A stretch of DNA of 64,000 bases from Sminthopsis crassicaudata (Eukaryota): contig NC_133622.1 in NCBI RefSeq assembly GCF_048593235.1, positions 16,926,001-16,990,000 of the forward strand, read 5' to 3'. Shown here piece by piece: positions 1 to 10,822 of the stretch (its first letter is position 1; each line of letters begins with the position of its first letter). A program made the translations under genes and the position numbers. A model generated the notes under the pieces. That model saw only the letters and a list, made by a program, of their open reading frames with translations, was not told where the DNA came from and did not search any database.

Positions 1-56
1 CTCACATCTGGGCCACTTTAAGCACCTTGGACAGATCCTGCAGACCTCAGGTAAGC
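1..56 (+). other. 3' end of non-coding exon 1 and donor of alpha1
   Basis: CAG|GTAAGC at 50/51, homologous to donors at 16367, 33145 and 49626. Exon 2 starts 3 nt before the ATG, as recalled for SLC34A2. Confidence 0.7.
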
Positions 57-371
57 TTGGCTGGAGTTTGGCGCTCCTTCAGCTGCCCCTAGCCATCGTG
101 GGCCGTCCCTGCTGGCCTTCGCCAGGGAGAAAGCTTTTCTTTTCTCTGCCAGTCATTGAAAGGTTCTCTCTACTTTTTTTTTTCTCCACAAAGCTCTACT
201 TCTTGCTGGCCGAGACCGTACGGGGTATTTTCTAGCATTTCTGGGGAGCACGAAGGGAGGTTTAAAAATTGTAGCCCAATTGCTTTTTGTCCGATCTGAG
301 CGTTCTTTCACCCATCTGTGGGTTTTATAGTAAAACTACTGCAGGGTGGTGTTCCGTTTCATTTTCCAGCT

Positions 372-510
372 CAATTTACCGATGAGGAAACTGAGGCAAA
401 CAGCATTAAGTGACTTGCCCAAGGTCACAAAGCTGGTGGTTGGAACTACATTTGAATTCAGGAAGTTGTCTTCCTGACTCCAGGCCTAGCATTCAATCCA
501 CTGTGGCACC
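372..510 (-). mobile_element. MIR/Mar-type CORE SINE remnant
   Basis: GATGAGGAAACTGAGGC..AAGTGACTTGCCCAAGGTCACA core. Repeated near 16730, 33510 and 49990. Confidence 0.7.
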
Positions 511-826
511 TCCCTACCTCTTTTTTAATCACCAGATTTCTTTTTTTTTTTTCCCTGAGGCAATTGGGGTTTTCACTAATCAGTTTTCACTAATCACTAA
601 ATTTCAGCTTTTGATTCTTTAGGTTTTGAGATTAAAGAAGCACAGGCTATTTATTAGACATCCACATATTTCTCTCTGCTGTCTATTGAGTGGGCAGATT
701 GTGCCCACAGCCCAGATCCCCAGGGATTTCACAAGGTTATCCTGAGGGGGGATCAGGGCTTGTGGGGAAGGGATGGTTGGCTATTTGCTCTCCCTGGAAG
801 GAGGGTTTTTTTCTGAATGGAAGAAT

Positions 827-972
827 GGCAGCTAGGAGGCTCAGTGGATCCAGCACCAGCTCTGAAATCAAGAGGATCTGAGTTCAAATCTGACCTCAGA
901 CACTTAACACTTCCTATCTGTGTGACCCTAGGCAAGTCCCTTAGTCCCAATTGCCTCAGCAGGAAAAAAAAA
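827..972 (+). mobile_element. Older tRNA-derived SINE in intron 1, shared by all gene-bearing monomers
   Basis: GGCAGCTAGG..CAGTGGAT..GAGTTCAAAT..A-tail. Also at 17180-17325, 33971-34117 and 50440-50585. Confidence 0.8.
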
Positions 973-1690
973 TGGAGTCATAGAGCTATCACTTTTCAGT
1001 AGCTTTGGGGCTTTGATGTGGGTCAATTATCAGACTTATGGGGAGGCAGTTTTTATAGGGGAATATGCACATGGGAAGGATTGATCCCCTTGGTTGTTAG
1101 AAGGGTGCAGAAGCTCCAGGCTTCTGTAGGTGAGGGCAGTGGGCTAATTAATGCCAAGAGAGAAAGGATCCAAAATTTTAATGCAGTGTTGATGACAAGG
1201 ATGGCCAGAGGGAGCAGAAGTTAGGAGTAGGAATGGGGCTGGCTGTGGAGGCAGAAGATCTGTTATTTCCCATCTGGAAGATATTGGGACTCCTTCTGCA
1301 GTAGCCTCAGTTCCTTCATCTGTAAAATGATACTTGAATGAGACACTTACACGTTAGACATTAATGAGGAAGAGTAGAGGAATCCAGGAAGGCAATGACT
1401 AAGACCAGGATTAGTGATTTATTATGAAGTTGGGGCAGGAGGAAAGAAAGAATGAATGCAGGGAGAAGGGATGATTTAATAGCAAAGCCGAATGTATGGA
1501 TGAAATTTACAAAATGGCCCCATGAGTTCACCCTTTGTTTCTTTGTTTTTTAATGAGTTTTAATGAGCTCTAGAACTTATTTTTTGGTTTTTGTTTTGTT
1601 GATGCTATTATTGTGTGATTAATTGTCCTGCTGTCCATGGTGATCTAAAATGGTGATGCATATTTTGTTTTAAATTTCATTATTCAGACC

Positions 1691-2261
1691 ATGGCAACTC
1701 CACCTCTATCTCCATTGGAAAACTCCCACTGTGATGCTAAGAAGAGCACTGAAGATCCACTATATCTGGAAAAGACAAAGTTAGATAAAAGAAGCCCTAG
1801 CAGTGAGTACTGTTCTCTCATGACATTGCCATCTTCCACTCCTCCCCTGGGGAAATAGACCTTATTCCTGATGGTTTTTTACTTTCTTTGGCAGATAATG
1901 CCCATTCTCCTATAAGTAAGATAGAAGTTCTGTCATCTTTTTGTGAAATTGCATTGATGGAAGAGCCAGTGGTGGAAGAGCCAGTGGTGGAGCAAGACCT
2001 ACAGGATGTTCCTGACTTTAGGGACTCAGGGATGGAGTGGTCAGGTATCGCCAGCTCCCCTTCTGTTATTGTTCAGTTCTCTCTGCAATTTTCCTAACAG
2101 AGCCTAGAATGCTTTGCCATTTTCTGTAGATTAACAGCAGCTAAGGGCTGAACCTCCTAGACCTGGCTAGCATCATTGGGAACATTTACAAAAGCAAAAC
2201 CCCAGCCTGCCTTCCCCTGGCTAGCAAGAGATGGGACAAGATTCCAGAAAATGCCAGATCC

Positions 2262-2322
<61 letters not shown>

Positions 2323-5300
2323 ACCTGCACAAGAGCAAGCTTTACATATATGGACACAATAACTAAAGCAATTTGTATAGCTTTTAGCACAGGGGCTGGC
2401 ACAGAGTAAATGTTGAATAAAAGCTTATTCTCTTCCTCTTTGTTTTTGCAGAGAAAGACACCACAGGGAAAATAATTGCTGTCTTCAGAGAGTTCGGAAA
2501 AGGGATCCTCCTCCTGGGATTTCTCTACTTCTTTGTATGTTCCTTGGATGTTCTCGGCAGCGCTTTCCAACTGGTTGGAGGTATGAGACGCGATATCAGC
2601 ACAGATCAAAAGTTTGTGCGTGGCTTTTGTAGCTTAAGAGTTGCTTTTGGTTCAGCATGTAGCCAACCAACTGGCCAACTCAACCCAAGTAATGTCCCCT
2701 TTCTTAAACTCTTCCTGGCCAAGATGTCTCATCTTTTCATCCACTCCAGAGACATGGATGCTTCTCCATTCTTTCTGCCCTTCTCTCTTCCCTCTTCCCT
2801 ACTTACACTCTAATCTTTGGGGAAAAGACACTTTAGGGAATAGGAATCAAAAATTTGTGTGGAAGAATGTGATAGTTGGGCACCTTAGGTCATCAGATAA
2901 AAGTTGTGTTGAGGGTGACCCTCTGTATCTTTGCATTGATGTCTGAATCATAGCTTTGGATTCAGAGATTGGCATCTGTGTTAGATGCATATTTGGATGT
3001 TAGATGTTGTGTTGGCAACAGAAATGGTTTCAAGTGGAAAGAGTGAGAAGTCAAATTTGTCCCCGGAAAGCAACTAGAAAATTGGGGTCGTTTTGGTCCA
3101 AATCAGCCTCCCGGAGACCTTCCTTAACCCCCTCTCCACAGATTCTTCCCAGTCTCCCTCCCTTTGTGTCTGTCTCTCTCTTTCCTCTAATAACCCATAT
3201 CAGGAAAGGGAATAAGCATTTCTAGATCATTTATGTGTCAAGCCCCGCTCTAAGCAAATTCAGCCCTCACTGTCCTCTGCCACATTGCCTTCCTCAGCAG
3301 CCAGTGACTCTTCTTCACTCCTCCTTCCCCCACAGGGGCCTCTAAATTTGGTCTATGGCCCAGAAGTCCCTAATATAACCACATATAATTTAAAATTTTC
3401 CATTCTCTTTGCAGGGAAAATGGCTGGGAAGATTTTCCAAGATGGTTCAGTGTTGAACAACCCTGTGGCTGGCTTGATGATTGGCATGCTGTTGACAGTC
3501 CTGGTGCAGAGTTTCATCACCTCTACATCCATCGTTGTCAGCCTGGTATCCTCTTCACGTGAGTCAGCAGGGTCCCCTCTCCCCCAGTGCCCCAGTCCCT
3601 ATGCCAAACTGGATCTCTTGAAAGAACTTCATGCCAAATTTTAGAACTGTGAAATTGTTCCCTATGTGCCCCAGAGTCATCATCTCCCCGATTTTCCATC
3701 CTTCCAAGCTTGGGACAGAGCTCTTGCTACAGTCTCGATCCGAGCCATGCCCACATATCCCAACATTGCTGCCAGTGGTCTCGTTTTTTGCTATGGGTAA
3801 AGGTCCAGTTGCCCTGCCCCACTTAGAGCCGTGGGCACCTGGTTGCCGCTGTAGGGAGTTGTTCTTCACCCAGATCTTCAAGCAAAGACTGGGTGACTGA
3901 CTGGTTGGAGACATTGTAGAAAAGATTCCTCTTTCTTGGTCTTCATAGTTTCCCTAACTTTTTGCTAAGTTAATTCCTTGGCTTGTTGAAGCTTTTCCCT
4001 ACGAATTTCCCTAGTTTATTTTCATTTTCTTTTTTTCCTTTGACAGTGCTGACAGTAAAGGCAGCCATTCCCATCATCATAGGAGCCAGTATTGGGACTC
4101 CAGTGACCAAGACCATCGTGGCCCTCATGCAGGCTGGAGACAGAAATGGGTTCCGAGGGTATGAAGCTTTTTTTTTTTTTTTTTTAATCACTGCTGTAAC
4201 TGTATTTTATAAAGGTGAGAATCTTTACTCTGCTCTAGATACTCATCTTGCTCTTCCAGTGGTTCTTTCAGAGTGTGGAATAACTACTCAGAAGTTCACA
4301 TAATTCAGCTGAGTTTTCAATAACCTTGAATTGATAATGATTTCATTAAGATTAAGAAGAATAGTTAAAATCTGGCCTCAGACATTCTTTATGTCATATG
4401 ATTGTGATGGAATGCTATTGGGCCATAAGAAAGGATGGGGGGGGGTATAATTTCAGAGTGAAAAAAACCCATCCCATTAATTGCTTTGTTTTTTTCTCCC
4501 TGCTTTAGGGCTTTTGCTGGAGCGACTGTCCACGATTACTTTAACTGGTTGTTAGTGCTGGTGCTGCTGCCCGTGGAGGTGGTCACTGGCTACCTCTACC
4601 ACCTCACCGATCCCATCGTGGAAACCTTTAATATCAATAGCGAGGAAAATGTCCCTGACCTCCTGAAAGTCATCACCGATCCCTTCACCCAACTCATTAT
4701 CCGGGTGAGCATCAAGACTCCCTCTGATTTTAATATGAGAATGAAATGGTGCCAGTGGTGGACTAGGTTCCTGTGAAAGCAGAGCTCTAAGTCTCTTCCC
4801 CCAATCTGTAGTGCCGGTTAGACATGCCTTTCCTTGCTCTGACTCCCCCATTTTATTTGAGGGAGTGGAGCTAAGGGGCTTGCTTGACCCTCCACATTGG
4901 CAGTTGTGTTCTTCAGAACCTCCATTCTGCCATTTGGGGCCCAATCACTGTTTTGTTGGTTGCTTTGTTGCCTTTCTGAACCAGGCACTGGGAGATATGA
5001 TGACCAAATGCGAGCCCCTTCAAGGCTTCCAGGAGCTGGTGGTACTGGCCCCCCAGAATAGGGCAAAAGGGTCTATCTGGCCTGATGCGGGTCAGGTTAA
5101 GATGAGACAGTCCCATGTAGAAGTGAGGTCCTTGGGGAACGAGACCAATTTGTGTCCCTTTTATGTACATCAGGGTTTTGTCTTCTGTGCACTGGAGCCC
5201 CTGGGAGAGTAACTTTTCAGTCACAAATTATAGGTGAGGAACAAGCTAACTCTTTCCTCATGTGTGTTGCTTTTCCAGCTGGATAAAAAAGTCATAAATG

Positions 5301-8005
5301 AAATTGCTATGGGAAATGAGGCAGCCAAAAACAAGAGCCTGATAAAGACTTGGTGTAAAACAGTAAAATATGTGGTAAATATCAGCCCTATACCAAAGCT
5401 CTCCTCACCCTGCCTTAGTTCTACCTCAGACTCTGTGGAGCAGAATGCTTCTCTAAGACAGAGCTAAAGCAAGTGATGCTCAGGTCCCCATTCCAGGGTA
5501 ACAGTGCTCAGGCTGAGCACAGCTGGGCTGACCTTCAGAAGTAACCCAGAGTCTGGACTTTAGATGCTCCATGGTCTATGGACCAAGCACAGAGACAGAA
5601 GGCCTTTTCTAAGCATTATGGGAAAGGTGGAGTAGAGAAGACGGGGAAAGTGAGGATTCATTGGCTAGTACGCCATGTGCAATGAAATCGAATTTTCCAA
5701 AATGCCATTTTCAATAACAAGCTTTTTTTCCTTTATTGTGTCATTTAGGCATTAAGAAATGTTACTGTTCCCTCACCAGAAAACTGCACCTCTCCCAGCT
5801 TCTCCTGGACCAATGGGAACATGACCTGGACCGTCATGAACACAACATCTAAACAGAACATTGCAAAGTGTGAGTAGGAAATCGTTCAGTTAACCCTCAT
5901 GTCCTCACATTTTAAGTCTTTTTAGAAATCCAAAATGGCTTTTTATAAAATCTGTGTGGGACCAGGGTTAAATGTTATTTGTATTTAATTTCAATATCTC
6001 CTGAGATCTTTTGGGGGGAATTATATAAACCTGTGAATTACAACCACTTTCTGTAAGAGCTTGTGCTCTATAGAACGCTCTGTATCTGGGTTAAGTGATG
6101 AAGAAGAGAGAGATGATGACGGGTGGCTGCTCTGGTTCCCACAGGCAAACACGCATTTGTGGATGTCGGTCTCTCTGACCTGACCATTGGACTCATTCTC
6201 CTGGCCCTCTCCTTGCTGGTCCTGTGCACCTGTTTGATCCTGATGGTCAAGGTCCTGAACTCTATGCTCAAGGGACAAATTGCTTCGGTGATTAAGAAGA
6301 CCATCAATACAGGTAGAATTCCTCCCTTCCTGGGCCTTCCTCTGGTCCTCTACTTTTTCTGTCTCTAAGTTTGAAGATTCTATGTTCTGATAAAATGAAT
6401 TTGTAAATAAAGAAATCATCGCTAAGGTCATTGTAAATACAAAAGGGCTCTAGAAATGTCACTGTCCTCAGTAGTTGGCCAGGGAAGATAGTCCCATGCT
6501 GCTCCATCTCCCTCCTACCTTATACACAAACACAGAAGAAGAATGTCCAAGGAAAAGGAATCAAGCGGGCAGAGCATGGCTGTGGTGGCCCTCTCTGGCC
6601 ACCCAAAATAATCAGAGACATTCTCATTAAAATCCTAAAAATCATCAAAGTTATTAATAAAATTAAAGAGCAGTTATTAGGCAAGAAGGAATGGGCTGAC
6701 TGTAAGAGATAGCACAGAGGGCCTAGAGAAAGGAATATGAATTCAAATCCTACAAGTAAGTCACTTGACTTCTGTTTACCCCACTTTCCTCCTCTGTTAG
6801 GATGAGGATAAAATCTACCTTCCAGAGTTTTTTTTGTTAGGATGAAATAGCGATTTGTCAGGACACTTGGACAAACGGGGCCTTTTCTTCTTTCCCCCAG
6901 ATTTTCCTTTTCCTTTTGCCTGGCTGAAGGACTACCTCACCATTCTTGTAGGAGCTTGGAGTACATTTCTGGTGCAGAGCAGCTCTGTGTTCATGTCTAC
7001 CATCATTCTTCTGTTTGGTGAGTTCTCCCTTTTCCCCCCATTTCCCCTTGCCCATGTCCATGTCTCCATTTTTACATTGGTCTTGCCATGCTGAGTCATT
7101 CCCAGCCAGGACTGAACCTGTATTCCCTCTCCCCCCTTAGGCATCAGAGTGATCAGCCTGGAGAGAGCGTACCCCTGGACCCTGGGCTCCAACTTCGGCA
7201 CCACCACCACGACCCTCCTGACTACTCTGGCCAGCTCTGGAAGCACTTTGCCAGATTCCCTCCAGGTCAGAATGCACAGTTGGGACCTTCTGTTCTTTCC
7301 TCAACTTCCCACTCCATCCTTCCCATAAGCACCGGGGTTCCTTTTTTGAAAGATCCTCCATATCCCAAAGGGTCGCTGGTTGCTGCCGAGGTCTCAGCTG
7401 CCTCTGAACAGTGACTTGGGGGCTAGAGAACCATCCCTAGCTCTTGTTCTCACAAGCTGAATTTCCTAAGAAATGACCAGATATCTACAGCTTGTGTCTT
7501 AATAAACAAATGAGGATGGTGAAGTTTCACCCCCATCTGCAACTAGTCCCCTGTCCCCCACATAGATTGGTATGGATAACTTCCCCCTTTGCCCTCCTCT
7601 GAGTCAGAAAACGAGAAAAGGTGGAAACAATGTCTGACTTGTTTGAAGTTTGAGTATGAATCTCAGCTGTTACTTGCTAGGTGACTGGTATAGATCCAAG
7701 CTCTGTGTGCAGTGGGGGGGGGGGGGGGGACAAAGGTCCCGGGAATATGGCAAGTGAACGAGCATCTTTTTAGATTCCAGTGAAGCTGGCATGGTGATGA
7801 TGGCAGTACATACTTTTCTTCCCTCTGATTCCCTCCCACCTAATTCCAGCTAACTGCTCTCTCCCCAAATTTCCCATTTCCACAGAGTATGAAGGAAAGG
7901 GCCACCTGGACTGAGGAAGAACAAGCATTCCTCCAATCCCCTGTCACCTATTTGAGGACATATGGACCCTTATCCTGGTCTTCCACTGTATGTAACTCTA
8001 CCTGA
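1691..8005 (+). CDS. SLC34A2: SLC34A2-like gene alpha1: exons 2-12 intact (490 aa), native terminal exon absent, putative new terminal exon (529 aa total)
   Basis: Coding exons 1691-1802, 1895-2044, 2452-2580, 3415-3558, 4047-4158, 4509-4704, 5279-5374, 5749-5869, 6145-6312, 6901-7017, 7141-7265, all GT-AG and phase-compatible. Sizes 112/150/129/144/112/196/96/121/168/117/125 match recalled human SLC34A2 except exon 3. Motifs include [48 protein letters not shown] and GSNFGTTTT. The last exon 7886-8005 is inferred. Confidence 0.88.
2264..2315. repeat. (TG)26 microsatellite, intron 3 of alpha1
   Basis: Direct count. Confidence 0.95.
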
Positions 8006-8190
8006 ACAGATGTATAGTCAGCGAATTGTATAGTTTTTCTATTGGATAGTAAATAACGTGTATGAGTCAGATTTTATATTGCTCACCTTTGGAAGGAAAT
8101 ATTTAATTACAAAATATCTTTATCTAAATAGTCAATATAAGCAAGAACATCTGTATATATTGTCAATTTTGTCATGTTTACAATAATTTT

Positions 8191-8196
8191 ATTAAA
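8191..8196 (+). terminator. Candidate polyadenylation signal ATTAAA in the inherited 3'UTR
   Basis: Also present in beta1 (19839) and the copy-2 equivalents, followed by U/GU-rich sequence. Other candidates are AATAAA at 7501 (intron 12), 8348 and 19634. Confidence 0.35.
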
Positions 8197-9508
8197 AAAA
8201 TTTCAACAATCACTACCATTCATTCTTTTTGCTTAGTAGAATGTGTCATATAGGAAAAGTCCTCAGCCAACTCCTTTTTACTTCATTTCTTTCTTTTTTG
8301 TTTACATGTATAATTCCACATATATTTCCATATTTGTAACATTGTGCAATAAAAATCAGATCAATTCAATCCACATTCAGTGTCCATGGTTTTTTCTCTA
8401 GGTATGGATAACATTTACTTATTCCTTTTTTAGGTGTACTTTTAAGGTGTAAGGTGTAAGTCATAAGTTTTTCTAGAAAAATTTAAGATTATGAGGAAAC
8501 ACCTGTGCTGTACGATAGAGTAAAATGTGTTCTTTTTCATATCATCTTTATTGGTAGAATTATGTAACATATATTCTAAATCTACATTTCAAGCTTCTGA
8601 ATTACAAAAACAATAGGTTATGAAAAGTTATTACACGAAGTGAAACTGCAGAAAACTTTAAAATTAAATCTGAAAAACACAACATATCTGATGGTCAAGA
8701 GGAGATAAATCACAACTTTGCATACACATTATTAAAACATTAAAGAAAATAAGATGACTCAACACTGCACCATGTATATATTCTTAAACAATTGATATAT
8801 ATGATAAATGAAACCTATATGGAACCTTTTATAGGACAGACCACTAATGAAATAGTATTGTAAACAACTTTACTAATAACGTTTGATGTAAACTCCCAAT
8901 GGAATTGTGGGGTGAACAGTATAAAACACCCGTTTTATTACTGTGACTTTTTCAGTTCTGTCCCAACTCTCCATGACTCTATTTGGGATTTTCTTGGCAG
9001 AGATATTGGGGTGGTTTGCCATTTCCTTCTCCCGTTCATTTTTTGTACTATCTTTTAAACTTGTTCATAAGCATAGTATAAATACAGAAGCTAAGTACCT
9101 CTTTCATCTCCTTTACACTTTGTGTGTCTTTTTCCATTTGGATTATTCATGTGATCTGTGTACATGGTGTGCTTTGATATATTTTTGGAAAGACATTGTC
9201 TAAGAAGACTGGATCACAGAAGTTGCTTGATTATTTTTTTCCTTTAGAGTTCCATGCTCAGAGATCCCCAAAGGACTGTAATTTTTGACCAAAGTTATCT
9301 TAATTTGGTATTTATGTAGTTTTAAAGGTGCACAGACATTGACATTTAGAAGAAATAAGAAGTTGTCTTCCTCTGTATAAAAAATAATGTCATGTGATCA
9401 AGAAAGAGGCGAGTAAGACACTTTTAAGTCCAATAAAGAGTTGAAGTGAGAGAATTGTCAAGCTCGTCTCAGGAGGCGACTCCTACATTATTAAAGGGGA
9501 GAAGAACT

Positions 9509-9755
9509 GGCTGTGTTTGTTGGTTGACATGTGTAGTCCTTGCTACTAAGGAGCTGAGGCTGGTGGATCCTTGGAGCCCTGAAGTTCTAAGGTGTTACAA
9601 AGCTCATGAGCCCATCAGGTGTCTCCATTGAGGCTGGCTTCAATGGGAAAAGCCTGCAGAAGTGGAAAACCATCATGCTTAAGGAGGGGCACCAGGCTCA
9701 GGTGAATAGTGAGTGGCTGTTACACTTCCAATCTGAGTGGAATAGGAAAACTCAC
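9509..9755 (+). pseudogene. 7SL (SRP RNA)-derived element, P7SL-like
   Basis: GAGCTGAGGCTGGTGGATCCTTGGAGCCCTGAAGTTCT is similar to the 7SL Alu domain, CAGGTGTCTCCA.TAAG..GGC.TCAAT and ACCACCAGG.TGCC.AGGGAGGG to the S domain, followed by a jump to the 3' Alu arm. Confidence 0.8.
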
Positions 9756-9994
9756 TGGTATGGAGGAAGACAGGAAAGAAAAAAGAAGAAAGGAACTTCA
9801 GAGATGGTATAGTACCTTTTTTTTTCACTTACTATTTTGATCAGGACTTACCCTTTATTATATCTGAACAGGAATTCAAACATCTCCATTTTACTTAACA
9901 GATAGCCAAGGCTGGAGTGATTAAACTGTGACATATCATTACTTTTAAAAGTTTATTTATTTTTAATATACATTATTTTATGAATTATGTTGAG

Positions 9995-10160
9995 AGAAAG
10001 AATGAAGAAAAAAAAAGCAAAAAGCGAGAGACAGAGACAGAAGGAAGGGGCTTTACAGATGATTCAGTCTGCTCCTAAAAGAAAGAAAAAAGAAGACATG
10101 GAAGGAAGGAAAGGAAAAGAAGGAAGGGAGGGAAGGAAAAGAAGGAAGGGAGGGAGGGGT
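9995..10160. repeat. Purine-rich low-complexity tract (GAAA/GGAA)
   Basis: Present in each monomer (near 21700, 28745, 43260, 54950 and 62005). Confidence 0.8.
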
Positions 10161-10822
10161 TTCCTAGATCTTGTCCAGTCCTCTGATGTTATAAATGAAG
10201 AAACTGAGCACCACAGATGAAAAAACTGCATGAGGTCCCATGGTATATAGCAGAGCTAAAGTCAGAATTCTGTTCTTCTGCCTTCTAGCCAGTGTCTTTC
10301 TCCAACAATATCCTACATGGAATTGTGATTCTTTTTTGTTTGTTTTGGGTATTTTGGGGAAAATAGGGAGTGAGTCACTTGAACTTGGTTTCCTCAGCAT
10401 GGCCCCTGTCCTATGTTTCAGACACCTATTTGGTTTTCTCTTTTGTCTCTCCCTGTTTTCCTCCAGAATTCTAGGAATTGAGATAATATTTGAACTCATG
10501 TCCTCTTCACTATACTTTGTTTATCTTGCTTCCCCTTAAATTAGCCATTCTACATCTTTTTGTGTTTTATGGACCTTTTGGGCTATCTATAGATCCTTTC
10601 TCCAAATGATATATGTAAATAGATAAAACAAAACACATAGGATTACAAAAGAAATCAGTTACACTGAAATGCCATGATCCAATTATTTATTTTATTTAAA
10701 AAATTCAGAGACCCAGAGCAAGAACTGCTGGAGAAAAATTAGTGGTGAAATGCGAGGCTATTTTCAATGAAGAAATAGAAAAGCTTGCTTTTTTAAAAAG
10801 TCAAAATTCATAGTAGAATTTC

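Noticed and set aside
569-596. Short direct repeat TTTTCACTAATCA x2
   Set aside because: Simple local slippage duplication shared by all intron 1 copies; not CRISPR-like and no evident function.
886-899. Microinversion explaining the alpha1/alpha2 block difference
   Set aside because: The reverse complement does not match.
2157-2609. ORFs with HTHTHT or CVCVCV runs (also 18802, 35458, 52042)
   Set aside because: Translations of the TG microsatellite and the antisense of exon 4.
4552-5224. 130-133 aa ORFs in intron 7 and antisense
   Set aside because: Exon shadows or chance ORFs, repeated only because the region is duplicated.
1691-7265. Labelling alpha and beta as ordinary decayed pseudogenes
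   Set aside because: No stop, frameshift or broken GT-AG in 28 checked homologous exons across four copies. Non-function remains possible but is not shown by the sequence.
9987-10539. Lys/Arg/Glu-rich ORFs (also 21693, 43252, 54939)
   Set aside because: Products of purine-rich low-complexity tracts.
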